From Patescibacteria group bacterium UBA6201 (GTDB taxonomy: Bacteria; Patescibacteriota; Minisyncoccia; Phycocordibacterales; UBA918): a stretch of 64,000 nucleotides of DNA. Below the pieces are notes generated by a model. It saw nothing but the letters and a program-made list of their open reading frames with translations. It made no database searches and was not told where the DNA came from. Positions 1-11,079 of the stretch are shown in pieces. The DNA is taken from assembly GCA_002422025.1 (NCBI GenBank), contig DISV01000004.1, forward strand, positions 102,578 to 166,577, written 5' to 3'. The number at the start of each line of letters is the position of its first letter. Position 1 is the first letter of the stretch. A program made the position numbers and the translations under genes.

Positions 1-703
1 CTTGAAGCATGAATGGACCACGGATGAAGGTGTTGGATGCACCAACCAAACGCATCACTGATATTTCTTCACGAGACGTGTAGATAGCAAGACGAATAGT
101 ATTGAAAGTAATCGCCACCGCCGCCACAATGAGTACCAACATTGCTATGATACTTGCCTTTTCCACTACCTCAATAATGGAAGACAGTTTATCAATCGCT
201 TCACGGTTCTTAACGAAGTTTACTCGGTCAATCACAGGCGCTTGCGGAGATTCACTGGACTGCTGCTCATCTAGGAAGAGCGCAATGCCCTCATACTGAC
301 CAGTATTGTTAGCGCGAATAGCGAGCGACGCTCCTAGCGGATTATCTCCTAATTCTTCGAGAGCCTGGATAGTGAGCTCGTCACCACTATGACGTTCACG
401 GAATTCTGCCAAAGCCTGCTCACGTGACGTGTAGGTTACCTCTGCGACCTCTGGTAGAGCCTCAAGCCTAGTCTGAAGAGCTTGAATGTCTGACTCTGGT
501 GCCTCAACCGTAAAATATACGTTTATATCTACCTTACTTTCTATCTGAGCTAGAGATGCGCCTAGAATCTGATCAATCATCATAATGCTACCAATCACAA
601 ATAGTGCGACTGTCATCACAAACACGGAAGACAAAGACACGAAAGCATTACGCCAAAATCCAATCCCGCCTGATCGTATAATTCTTTTAAACGCTACCCA
701 CAT
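1..703 (-). CDS. ftsX: Cell-division ABC transporter permease FtsX (3' end cut by window edge)
   Basis: Hand translation from ATG (rc of 701-703) gives MWVAFKRIIRSGGIGFWRNAFVSLSSVFVMTVALFVIGS..., a typical FtsX N-terminus; it sits 34 bp downstream of ftsE; not in the ORF track because it runs off the window. Confidence 0.6.
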   Translation of the reverse strand, partial: MWVAFKRIIRSGGIGFWRNAFVSLSSVFVMTVALFVIGSIMMIDQILGASLAQIESKVDINVYFTVEAPESDIQALQTRLEALPEVAEVTYTSREQALAEFRERHSGDELTIQALEELGDNPLGASLAIRANNTGQYEGIALFLDEQQSSESPQAPVIDRVNFVKNREAIDKLSSIIEVVEKASIIAMLVLIVAAVAITFNTIRLAIYTSREEISVMRLVGASNTFIRGPFMLQ

Positions 704-737
704 AATTTAGTTGAAAGTTATAAAGTTGAAAGTAATT

Positions 738-1421
738 CTACAAAACGTATTTACCACTAGCGTCGTCACGCACTATCTTGCCGCTATCCATCGTTAGGAC
801 TCGACGACCCAGCTCGTCTATAACGCCCTTATTGTGTGTGGTCATTATGACCGTCGTACCAAGGTCATTTATTTTCTTTAGAATTTGCACTACTTCATAA
901 GTAGCAATTGGGTCTAAATTACCAGTTGGTTCATCAGCAATAATGATGTCGGGCTGATTTACGATGGCACGCGCTATTGCCACCCTTTGTTTTTCACCAC
1001 CAGAAAGTTCGTGTGGAAAATTAAATATCTTATCTTCAAGGTCAACGAGTGCCAGAGCTTGTGGAACATTTTCGGCAATCTCTTCGTCAGACCGTCCATT
1101 GGCCTCCATAGCAAAAGCAATGTTCTCGAAAGCAGTCTTATGAGGAAGGAGTTTAAAGTCTTGAAAAACAGTTCCGATCCGGCGCCGATACTTAGGAAGC
1201 TTGCCACGTGGAATCTTATGAATATCTATTGATTCATAAAAGACTGTTCCTTCTGACGGCTTATCCTCAGCAATCAATAATTTGAGTAGAGTCGACTTAC
1301 CAGCACCGGAGTGTCCGACGATGGAAACGAATTCGTGTGGCGCAACTTGAAAAGTAATGTCTTCTATAGCTACGGAATTTCCCCCACTGTACCATTTGGA
1401 AACTTTATCGAAATAAATCAT
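738..1421 (-). CDS. ftsE: Cell-division ATP-binding protein FtsE
   Basis: Walker A GHSGAGKST, ABC signature LSGGEKQR, Walker B IIIADEP; start taken at MIYFDKVSKWYSG. Confidence 0.85.
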   Translation of the reverse strand: MIYFDKVSKWYSGGNSVAIEDITFQVAPHEFVSIVGHSGAGKSTLLKLLIAEDKPSEGTVFYESIDIHKIPRGKLPKYRRRIGTVFQDFKLLPHKTAFENIAFAMEANGRSDEEIAENVPQALALVDLEDKIFNFPHELSGGEKQRVAIARAIVNQPDIIIADEPTGNLDPIATYEVVQILKKINDLGTTVIMTTHNKGVIDELGRRVLTMDSGKIVRDDASGKYVL

Positions 1422-1585
1422 AAATCTAGCCTTACTATTGTAGTCCACAACACACAAAATACAAAACCTATAAATTCCCCAACTATTTTTGTATTACTAG
1501 CAATTTCACAACCATTCTGTTCCGCATGCGGCAGAATGGTTGTGACCATCAGACATGAGTCGGTGGTGGCCGACACTTTAGCTAG

Positions 1586-1627
1586 CAAAAACGCCCGGTT
1601 CAACAGACTTAATGTCTGTTGGCGTTT
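1586..1627 (-). terminator. Nested GC hairpin followed by a T-run on the minus strand, immediately after the prfB stop
   Basis: aaaacgcc..aacagac(ttaat)gtctgtt..ggcgtttt. Confidence 0.5.
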
Positions 1628-2512
1628 TTACAGCTCACGCTCCGCGTCTATAAATTCCTGTATATTACCGCCTAAAACCGCTTCAATATTACGTACCTCC
1701 ACGCCAGTTCGGTGATCCTTAACCATCTGATAAGGGTGGAGTACATACGACCGAATCTGACTACCCCACTCAATCTTCATAGTTTTTTCCACCGAGAGAC
1801 CTTTGAGTTCCCTTTCCTTTTGCTCTTCAAGAAAAGCAAAGACCTTCCCAGAAAGAAGAGCTATTGCTTTAGCACGATTTTGTTGCTGACTACGCTCAGA
1901 TGAGGCGTGAACAGTCAGACCGGTTGGCTTATGAGTGACCCGAACGGCCGTCTCGCGTTTGTTAACGTTTTGCCCACCGGCTCCACCACTACGGGCAAAT
2001 GTGACCTCAACCTCGTCTTCTGTTAAGGCGATTTCTTCTAATGCCTCCACGGCAGGAGAAACTTCAACTAAGGTGAATGAAGTCTGTCTTTTGCCATTAG
2101 AGTTAAAGGGTGAAATGCGTACCAAACGATGCACCCCACTTTCACGTTTCAACGTACCATACGCATCCTTACCTCTGATTTCAAAAACAATATTTCGATA
2201 ACCTCCGTGATTATTTTCATTCTGATCAATGGTCATTACTTGCCAACCTTGAGTGTCTGCGTAGCGTTGATACATCTCTAGCAAGATTCGAGCAAAATCC
2301 TCAGCGTCATCACCACCAGCGCCGGCCACTATAGTAAACACTGCTCCTAGTCGGTCATACTTTCCTTTACCTTCCGCCTCATCTTTAAGGGCCTGTAGCT
2401 CCTTGATTAGAACCTGTGCCTCCTGGGGATTACTCCAGAAGTCCGATTGCATCATGGCTGATTCAATTTCAGCTATCCGAAGGGCAGCGTTCTTTTTCAT
2501 TTCTTTAGCCAT
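1628..2512 (-). CDS. prfB: Peptide chain release factor 2, no upstream frameshift window
   Basis: SPF tripeptide and GGQ motif ([11 protein letters not shown]); alignment to E. coli RF2 starts near residue 30; no CTT-TGA-C shift site upstream; start taken at MAKEMKK. Confidence 0.85.
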   Translation of the reverse strand: MAKEMKKNAALRIAEIESAMMQSDFWSNPQEAQVLIKELQALKDEAEGKGKYDRLGAVFTIVAGAGGDDAEDFARILLEMYQRYADTQGWQVMTIDQNENNHGGYRNIVFEIRGKDAYGTLKRESGVHRLVRISPFNSNGKRQTSFTLVEVSPAVEALEEIALTEDEVEVTFARSGGAGGQNVNKRETAVRVTHKPTGLTVHASSERSQQQNRAKAIALLSGKVFAFLEEQKERELKGLSVEKTMKIEWGSQIRSYVLHPYQMVKDHRTGVEVRNIEAVLGGNIQEFIDAEREL

Positions 2513-2603
2513 AATAATGGTTAATTTTAACAGAAATGGCGGCGATTCGCTTTTGTAAATTACCCCTATAAAAAACACGGCGTTTAAACACCGTGTTTTT
2601 CTT

Positions 2604-2624
2604 ATGAGCCATCTCCCAGGATTG
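2604..2624 (-). repeat. 21-nt direct copy of the 3' end of tRNA-Thr(GGU), T-loop through acceptor
   Basis: tgagccatctcccaggattga occurs at 2604-2624 and again at 2883-2903 inside the tRNA. Confidence 0.6.
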
Positions 2625-2836
2625 ACCCAGAATAGCGGCTATTTCATTTCACCACAGGAGTACTTCCGTTTTCATAGTCGCTACGCTATTTGGAAACTAG
2701 GTCGCGCTACGCTTATGAAATAGGCTCGCTTTCTTGGTCGGCGCCTCCTCGTCTTGTTCGCAAGGAATGCTCACAAAACATCGTCCGACGCTTCAATCCT
2801 GACATAACAGTGAGCAGTCACTGTTACTGTCGATAG

Positions 2837-2885
2837 CTCACAAATATCAAAACCGCCCGGTATGGGCGGTTTTGATATTTGTGAG
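2837..2885. terminator. Perfect 22-bp palindromic hairpin abutting the tRNA-Thr 3' end
   Basis: ctcacaaatatcaaaaccgccc-ggta-tgggcggttttgatatttgtgag. Confidence 0.6.
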
Positions 2886-2956
2886 CCATCTCCCAGGATT
2901 GAACTGGGGACCTCATCCTTACCATGGATGCGCTCTACCAACTGAGCTAAGATGGC
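2884..2956 (-). tRNA. tRNA-Thr (anticodon GGU)
   Basis: Hand-folded cloverleaf: acceptor GCCATCT/AGATGGC, D-arm TAGCTCAGTTGGTAGAGC, anticodon loop ATGGTAA, T-loop TTCAATC; CCA not encoded. Confidence 0.8.
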
Positions 2957-3025
2957 ATCCCTCCTATTCGTAATTCTTCTATTGCGGCAACCGATATTAT
3001 CACGAAGCATCGTATTTTAAAACCT

Positions 3026-3310
3026 CTATTTCAACTGCTTGTGGAGTTGACCTGTTAACACCAAAACAGCAACTCCAATGAGCAAGATGAGCCAAGGACG
3101 ATCTGCTGTCAACGACCACATCTCAAAGAAACGCTCTACTGAGTAGAATACCGCAGAAGCCCCAAAGGCAGTCAGCAGCAAAAATAAGGTGGGAAAACGA
3201 TGTGCTGCTCCGCGACGGGCTGGTTCCACTACTAGCTTTTCTGCCTCTTTGACCCTATTAATTATCTTATGGTCAGTTGCAACAACAGCCTTTTCAAATT
3301 CTTTAATCAT
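3026..3310 (-). CDS. Hypothetical small membrane protein (2 TM)
   Basis: 94-aa ORF with hydrophobic C-terminal half. Confidence 0.45.
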   Translation of the reverse strand: MIKEFEKAVVATDHKIINRVKEAEKLVVEPARRGAAHRFPTLFLLLTAFGASAVFYSVERFFEMWSLTADRPWLILLIGVAVLVLTGQLHKQLK

Positions 3311-3409
3311 ACTATTTATTTGATTTTAACATGCCGCATCTAAACCAGATTACATTCTGAATAAAGTTTGAAGTTAAAGACACGTATAATACGTGTGCTG
3401 GATACAATC

Positions 3410-3482
3410 GCCACTTTAGCTCAGTCGGTAGAGCATGTCACTCGTAACGACAAGGTCCGGAGTTCGATCCTCCGAGGTGGCT
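3410..3482 (+). tRNA. tRNA-Thr (anticodon CGU)
   Basis: Acceptor GCCACTT/AGGTGGC, D-arm TAGCTCAGTCGGTAGAGC, anticodon loop CTCGTAA, T-loop TTCGATC. Confidence 0.8.
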
Positions 3483-3487
3483 CAAAT

Positions 3488-3527
3488 AAAAAACAGCACA
3501 GGGTCAAAGCCTGCGCTGTTTTTTTCT
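3488..3527. terminator. Hairpin plus T7 run after the tRNA, also 3' of the convergent minus-strand gene
   Basis: aaaaaacagcacagg..cctgcgctgttttttt. Confidence 0.55.
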
Positions 3528-3537
3528 TGGATAATAT

Positions 3538-4335
3538 CTAGTCAGAAATAGATACTGACTCCACAACCTCAATCCTTTTCACCTGTACACCCGTTTCTGA
3601 CATTTCTCCCTGTACACGCGCTGGCATAGTTTCTTTTAGGAGATTTTCGTCACAAGCAACAGTAGAACCATCAGCGTTCACACAAACACTGTCAGCATCT
3701 ATAAACAATGGTACAGCATGTCCCAAAACCCCCGCTTCTTCATAAACCAAGTGCCAATAATTAGAATCTAAAGGAGCTGGCACTTGCTTCAAAAGAAAAC
3801 CAGATTTGTCAAAAGAAAATTCTCCTTGTGGTCCACTTTCTGCGTTGCCACAAGAGATATCAGTAATCTGCCATAGACCATTCTTGGCAACCATATTGAC
3901 TATGGCTTGACCAGTCTGACCATCAGTCGTTGACATCACTAGCATCTGCGCTGCTTCTTCCTGTTGATAAACTGGGATAGTACGTAGACCCTCAGGTACA
4001 CCAACTTGGCAAAGTACCGGGTCAATACTTTCATCATTTAATTGACCCTCCTGTGCTTTAAGTTTTTCCTTGAGCTCTGGACCGACCTGCTCATAATCTA
4101 ATAGACCCTGCACAAAAGGCTCGTTAGGACCAGCAGTACGCGCCGTTAACCAATCTTCGTAAAAATCCAAAGTGACGTTTATTGGGTCTCCAGACACTCC
4201 CTTCCACTGTTCTGGCATGAATGAACGCACCCCACCTCCGGTAAGCCACACAATCAAACCGATAATAAGTAATACACCCGCAACCAACAACACCGGTAAC
4301 AATTTACTACGATTGAAATATCTACTCATAAACAT
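3538..4335 (-). CDS. Hypothetical N-terminally membrane-anchored (probably exported) protein
   Basis: 265-aa ORF with a single N-terminal TM (LLPVLLVAGVLLIIGLIVWL) and a hydrophilic remainder containing Cys pairs. Confidence 0.6.
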   Translation of the reverse strand: MFMSRYFNRSKLLPVLLVAGVLLIIGLIVWLTGGGVRSFMPEQWKGVSGDPINVTLDFYEDWLTARTAGPNEPFVQGLLDYEQVGPELKEKLKAQEGQLNDESIDPVLCQVGVPEGLRTIPVYQQEEAAQMLVMSTTDGQTGQAIVNMVAKNGLWQITDISCGNAESGPQGEFSFDKSGFLLKQVPAPLDSNYWHLVYEEAGVLGHAVPLFIDADSVCVNADGSTVACDENLLKETMPARVQGEMSETGVQVKRIEVVESVSISD

Positions 4336-4341
4336 ATTTTC

Positions 4342-4983
4342 TCATGATATCACATTCCTTTTAGTTAGAATGTGGACAAGCATTATACCAATAATGGCGC
4401 CGCCAAAGTTAAAAACAAGGTCCAACATAGCGTTTTCATAGCCTCCAACGCCATGACGATCTAGATTCATTGCAATTAAGAATTCCATTATTTCATTCAT
4501 TGCTGACACACCCATTGAGGCCATTATAGCTATAAGTATCAGTATCCACTTAGGTCCAGTAGCTCTAAGGGTACAAGTGAGGACGTGCAGAAAGGCTATG
4601 GCCATAACACCATACAGATAGCCGTGCACCACCTGATCATATTTTAGAATGTATAAATCCTCACCCAAATCAAGAAAAGGATAGATGCGGTATGCAAACA
4701 AAACCCCGTCTGGTGTTTGTACAGAACCACCTAAAATATGCAGAAGGCCCCAGATACTTATTAGCCACAGTATGTATGATGGAAACTTGGTTATATGAAG
4801 CGTGCTAAAAAGTAAGGTAAAGGCCGCAATAATGACGCCAGCATAAATCACAAATTCAACATTGGAATCTTGAAGAAAATATGCGCCGCCAACCAACAAA
4901 TACAGGGCGATGAAGCCAAGCAAAAAGCGGTGTTCTGACAGTCGCATAGATTTAGGTAATGATGCTAAAAACTTCGCGTGCAA
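4342..4983 (-). CDS. Hypothetical polytopic membrane protein (about 6 TM; DUF2238/YjdF-like guess)
   Basis: 213-aa highly hydrophobic ORF directly downstream of the previous gene. Confidence 0.55.
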   Translation of the reverse strand: MHAKFLASLPKSMRLSEHRFLLGFIALYLLVGGAYFLQDSNVEFVIYAGVIIAAFTLLFSTLHITKFPSYILWLISIWGLLHILGGSVQTPDGVLFAYRIYPFLDLGEDLYILKYDQVVHGYLYGVMAIAFLHVLTCTLRATGPKWILILIAIMASMGVSAMNEIMEFLIAMNLDRHGVGGYENAMLDLVFNFGGAIIGIMLVHILTKRNVIS

Positions 4984-5162
4984 ACGTGAGAATGAGATTC
5001 AGCCCAGCAATCATAAAATTAACAAACAGTTCAAGTAACTGTAGCAAGAAGTTGAGAAATGATTTGATGATGGTAATAGCACTGTCCATAAACAGATTTT
5101 ATCATACACACCTTGAGACAATATTGTGTATTAGGGAAATCAGATGCCTCACCTAGCACATA

Positions 5163-5528
5163 GAAAACCGCCTAATGGCGGCTTTTCTATTGCGCGAGCG
5201 AAGGGACTTGGTCACGAATATTTTCCTGCGTAAAATTTCTCGACCCCACCTCGCTTGCCTACGGCATCGCTCCGGCCTTCAAGCCCCTACACAAGCAAAG
5301 CAGTTTGCTTGTTTCGTTCGCGCAAACAAAAAAACGGCATGAAGCCGTATTTTGTTTGCGCGAGCGAAGGGACTTGAAACTTACAGTTTCGGTACACCTT
5401 TTGGCTGTTTCTGTTCACAAGCTCCAGAAATATCTCAAAAGGTCTTCAAGTCCCTACACAAAAGTCTCCCAGATTTTTGTTTCGCTCGCACAAAGTAAAA
5501 GCCCCCTAGTGGGGACTTTTATACTTTG
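5163..5528 (-). repeat. Three tandem modules (hairpin plus 20-24 nt copy of the tRNA-Asp 3' end) downstream of tRNA-Asp
   Basis: gcgcgagcgaagggacttg occurs at 5193-5211 and 5359-5377 and again as the genuine tRNA 3' end at 5528-5546; each copy is preceded by a GC hairpin; there are also inverted degenerate acceptor copies (cgttcgcgcaaac). Confidence 0.6.
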
Positions 5529-5602
5529 CGCGAGCGAAGGGACTTGAACCCTCAACCTCTGCCGTGACAGGGCAGCGCTCTAACCAGTTGAGCTACGCCC
5601 GC
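5529..5602 (-). tRNA. tRNA-Asp (anticodon GUC)
   Basis: Acceptor GCGGGCG/CGCTCGC, D-arm TAGCTCAACTGGTTAGAGC, anticodon loop CTGTCAC, T-arm GAGGGTTCAAGTCCCTT. Confidence 0.8.
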
Positions 5603-5659
5603 AATAGGCACGATTCTAGCAGAAAACTAGAAAAATGCACGATGTTTAAGAGAGGGAAT

Positions 5660-5800
5660 AAAATGTACAGTTTCTGTACAACTTTTGGATATTTGTTTCA
5701 GCACAGCCTCACAAATCCCACAAAAGGTCATCATTCCCTATCGCACACAAAATCACGCTTACGCAAAGCGCAGAGTATTCGCTTTACGCTCGATGATTTT
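5660..5800 (-). repeat. Duplicated hairpin module plus degenerate copy of the tRNA-Met 3' end
   Basis: acagtttctgtaca-cttttgg...ttcagcacagc parallels 5383-5430; ggtcatcattccctatcgcacac resembles the tRNA-Met T-arm/acceptor ggatcattccctcccgtcgacac. Confidence 0.4.
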
Positions 5801-5801
5801 G

Positions 5802-5875
5802 TGTCGACGGGAGGGAATGATCCTCCGACCTCGGCTTTATGAGTGCCGCGCTCTAACCAACTGAGCTACGTCGAC
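5802..5875 (-). tRNA. tRNA-Met-like (anticodon CAU; elongator Met or lysidine-type Ile2, not distinguishable by eye)
   Basis: Acceptor GTCGACG/CGTCGAC, D-arm TAGCTCAGTTGGTTAGAGC, anticodon loop CTCATAA, unusual T-loop ATCATTC. Confidence 0.65.
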
Positions 5876-5914
5876 GTGTCAAGAGAATAGCATTAGACCA
5901 CCCCTTGTTCAACC

Positions 5915-5957
5915 CGTAAAACAAAGAGCCACGCGATGCGCAGCTCTTTGTTTCTTG
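5915..5957 (-). terminator. Hairpin after the initiator tRNA
   Basis: aaacaaagagc-N12-gctctttgttt. Confidence 0.4.
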
Positions 5958-6028
5958 TTGCGGGGCCTGGAATTGAACCAGGGTCTGGAGGTTATGAGCC
6001 TCCCGAGGTACCACTCCTCTACCCCGCT
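5958..6028 (-). tRNA. Initiator tRNA-fMet-like (anticodon CAU)
   Basis: Acceptor AGCGGGG...CCCCGCA-A closely resembles E. coli tRNA-fMet (CGCGGGG...CCCCGCAA) with a 1:72 mismatch; anticodon loop CTCATAA; T-loop TTCAATT. Confidence 0.6.
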
Positions 6029-6227
6029 ATGTATACAACGTTAAATTGTCCAAAGATTGTACCACTTACTGCACAAAAGTCCAGCGATATATCTCCATAA
6101 AAGGAGACTAAAATTTAGGTGATTTCGAGGCGCGCGAGGAAAATGACACGAGCCGTATATATGGACATACGGTGAGTGTTATTTTACCGAAGCGCAACAA
6201 AGAAAGCGACAAATTTTTGGCTTCTGG

Positions 6228-6869
6228 CTAGATGAAGTTGAACTCGTCGAACACCATTTTATATTCAGCCACCGTCTGCGTGGCCTCCTTCTTGCTCAAA
6301 TTAAAATCCGCCCCTTCGTGTGCAATACGGTTTCTAACATTATGGGCGCGCCATGCTTGATTAATAGTCGTGAAAGAAGCCGGAGACACACTTTTAAGTT
6401 TTTCACTAATAGTAGCACCGGCGTATCCTAAAGTATTTAAAAGTTCGTCCAAAATTATATCGGCCTCAATAATGGCAAGCTTCCAGTCATTGGGTCGGTC
6501 ACTATCACTGTGAGTAAGTACGTCCTGCCAACGCATATTCTTCACATCTTTTCGATATATCTTAGTAAAAGCTTCCTCCTGCCTCTTTAAGATTTCAGCA
6601 AATACTTCACCAAGCTGGTTGTGGCGAATGTAAGCATAAATAATGCCAAAGATAAGCAAGAATGAAAGTAACCAAGACAGTACGACAAACACGCTCCATG
6701 CATCAGAAAGCCAAGCAAACACCGCGCCGGGTGACCAACCTGAAATCACTCCATTTGCACTACCGCCACTCGCAGCCCCACCACCAAATAAGAAAGCAAT
6801 TGCGTAATCTATGAACGCAAAGAAATCCAGCGAATACTCGTTAAACAAGATGTCGTTTGAATCGGGCAC
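6228..6869 (-). CDS. Membrane-anchored protein with C-terminal HEPN/DUF4145-like domain
   Basis: N-terminal Gly-rich region and TM segments, then a soluble domain containing AHNVRNRIAHEG (Rx4H HEPN motif, DUF4145-like). Confidence 0.5.
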   Translation of the reverse strand: MPDSNDILFNEYSLDFFAFIDYAIAFLFGGGAASGGSANGVISGWSPGAVFAWLSDAWSVFVVLSWLLSFLLIFGIIYAYIRHNQLGEVFAEILKRQEEAFTKIYRKDVKNMRWQDVLTHSDSDRPNDWKLAIIEADIILDELLNTLGYAGATISEKLKSVSPASFTTINQAWRAHNVRNRIAHEGADFNLSKKEATQTVAEYKMVFDEFNFI

Positions 6870-6900
6870 GGATTTATTTTAGCACAAAGCTAGGTCCAGA

Positions 6901-8322
6901 TTATTTACCCTGTCTATCATCAAAAACCTTTTTTCCAATATCAAAGAGCCTAGCTTCGCCATTATGTGGCGCAATATACTGCACTCCAACTGGTAGCATC
7001 TTACCTTCCCTGTCCACCTCCTTCATCGGGAGACTCATTGCAGGCACACCAGTGAGGTTCACAGGTACAGTGAAGATGTCCTGACGATACATTGATAGTG
7101 GATCTTCCTTTTCTCCCAATTTAAAGGCTGGAGTCGGCGCAGTTGGTGTAATAACGAGGTCAACATTAGTGAAGACGTGAGACAGCTCTTCGCGCATCAA
7201 AGTGCGTACGGCTTCAGCCTTACCATAATAGGCATCGTAGTATCCAGAGGAAAGCACATAGGTACCGAGGAGTATGCGTCGCTTAGCCTCTCTGCCAAAG
7301 CCGTGCGCACGTGACTCAAGGTAGGTATCAAGCAAATCATTACCTTCTTTACGTACACCATAGCGGATACCATCATAACGAGCTAGGTTTGATGACACTT
7401 CAGCCGGCATCACGATGTAGTAAGCAGCCAAACCAGCCTCAAAGAGTGGCAGCTCAATATCTACGATTTTATGTCCGTCTTTCTTTAGTGACTCAAGATG
7501 GGCCTCGAAACGTTCCATCACGTCTACGTCGATACCGTCTTTCAAAAAAGCGCGCGGCACGCCAATAGTGTAGCTTTCTTTGACTGGCACATCGGGATAA
7601 GTGTCTGGAGAAATGGTAGTCATATCATTTTCATCCTGTCCTTTCATTACATTGAAAACTACCTCTGCATCCGCTACAGAGTTTGCGAGCACACCCGCCT
7701 GATCAAGCGAAGAACCCATCGCCATCAGACCAAAGCGTGACACTGCACCATATGTCGGTTTCATTCCCACTAGCCCACAATAGCTGGCAGGCTGACGAAT
7801 AGAACCACCAGTATCCGTACCGATAGCAATTGGTACGGCCTCCATTGCAACCGCGGCAGCCGAACCGCCACTTGATCCTCCTGGCACCCGACTAGTGTCG
7901 TGAGGGTTCTTAGTGGGTCCAAAGGCAGAATTCTCGGTCGACCCACCCATCGCAAATTCATCGAGATTAGTACTACCGACAATGACAGCACCGGCGGCCT
8001 TTAATTTTTTGATAATAGTAGCGTCATAGGAAGCTATATAATTTTCCAAAATTAAAGACGCGGCAGTCGCCCTTTTTCCCTTTATTAAAATATTGTTCTT
8101 CACTGCAATCGGTACACCGAGGAGTGGTTTTGCTTCGTAGTCTTTTTTAGCAAATGCTAGAGTAGCACTCTCTGCCACTTCTTTAGCGTCGTCATACACA
8201 TCTAAAAAAGCGTGGATTTCTTTATCCTTTTCATTTATCACTTTCAGTGTTTTTGCTAAAGTCTCCGATGGAGTCTCACTACCATCAATAAACTTCTGCC
8301 TTAATTGTGAGATGGTCAACAT
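6901..8322 (-). CDS. gatA: Glutamyl-tRNA(Gln) amidotransferase subunit A
   Basis: Amidase signature GGSSGGSAAAVA, 473 aa, followed by gatC. Confidence 0.9.
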   Translation of the reverse strand: MLTISQLRQKFIDGSETPSETLAKTLKVINEKDKEIHAFLDVYDDAKEVAESATLAFAKKDYEAKPLLGVPIAVKNNILIKGKRATAASLILENYIASYDATIIKKLKAAGAVIVGSTNLDEFAMGGSTENSAFGPTKNPHDTSRVPGGSSGGSAAAVAMEAVPIAIGTDTGGSIRQPASYCGLVGMKPTYGAVSRFGLMAMGSSLDQAGVLANSVADAEVVFNVMKGQDENDMTTISPDTYPDVPVKESYTIGVPRAFLKDGIDVDVMERFEAHLESLKKDGHKIVDIELPLFEAGLAAYYIVMPAEVSSNLARYDGIRYGVRKEGNDLLDTYLESRAHGFGREAKRRILLGTYVLSSGYYDAYYGKAEAVRTLMREELSHVFTNVDLVITPTAPTPAFKLGEKEDPLSMYRQDIFTVPVNLTGVPAMSLPMKEVDREGKMLPVGVQYIAPHNGEARLFDIGKKVFDDRQGK

Positions 8323-8324
8323 AA

Positions 8325-8618
8325 TTATGAGTCTGGATTAAGAATCTTTTTGACCTTTAAGTAATCACCAATCTTTTCTGGAAAAGCTGATACTAAAGCA
8401 TCTATATCTTCGAGAGACGTTTCCACAACCTCATCCTCGCGCAACACGTTCTTAACGACCCCTGGGACTTTCTTCAAATCTAAATCAGAAACAATCCGAT
8501 TGACTGCACCAACATACTCCAAAATGGACTCTATTTCAGTCTGAAATTTGGCTACCTCGTTGTCACTCATCTTCACACGAGATAGGTTTCCTAGCTGTAA
8601 TATCTCTTCCTTAGTCAT
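8325..8618 (-). CDS. gatC: Asp/Glu-tRNA amidotransferase subunit C
   Basis: MTKEEILQLGNLSRVKMSDNEVAKFQTEIESILEYV is a typical GatC; start moved to the internal Met. Confidence 0.75.
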   Translation of the reverse strand: MTKEEILQLGNLSRVKMSDNEVAKFQTEIESILEYVGAVNRIVSDLDLKKVPGVVKNVLREDEVVETSLEDIDALVSAFPEKIGDYLKVKKILNPDS

Positions 8619-8708
8619 CCTGTTGAAATTATTGCTTAAGCGATTATTTATCCAAAACGGGTCGTCCGCCCCATTTTCCATGAGGGACAAGTTATTGGCA
8701 TCATAGCA

Positions 8709-10874
<2,166 letters not shown>

Positions 10875-11079
10875 TTATTTTTCACGTATCGACAAAGTTC
10901 CGCGCCACTTCCAATACCTTATTTATTAAACGCCAAAATCGAGGGCAGTTGCAGTGCGGTCTAAAACTTAAAAATGGATGAGTGGCGAGGAGTTTAGGTG
11001 AACGAGTTGCGAGTGGGACATATTGTCCAGCGAGCAACACGTTAGCCGTAACGACAAAGCCAATCGCCATTTTTAAGTT

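Noticed and set aside
2771-3010. 79-aa ORF on the minus strand
   Set aside because: It overlaps tRNA-Thr(GGU) and its terminator hairpin.
5160-5560. Short repeats separated by unique spacers downstream of tRNA-Asp, superficially CRISPR-like
   Set aside because: The repeats are 20-24 nt copies of the tRNA-Asp 3' end with variable flanks and hairpins. Spacing is irregular (about 165 bp) and no cas genes are present.
5305-5842. ORFs 5305-5547 and 5564-5842 (+)
   Set aside because: They lie across the tRNA-Asp/Met genes and their repeat modules on the opposite strand; no coding signal.
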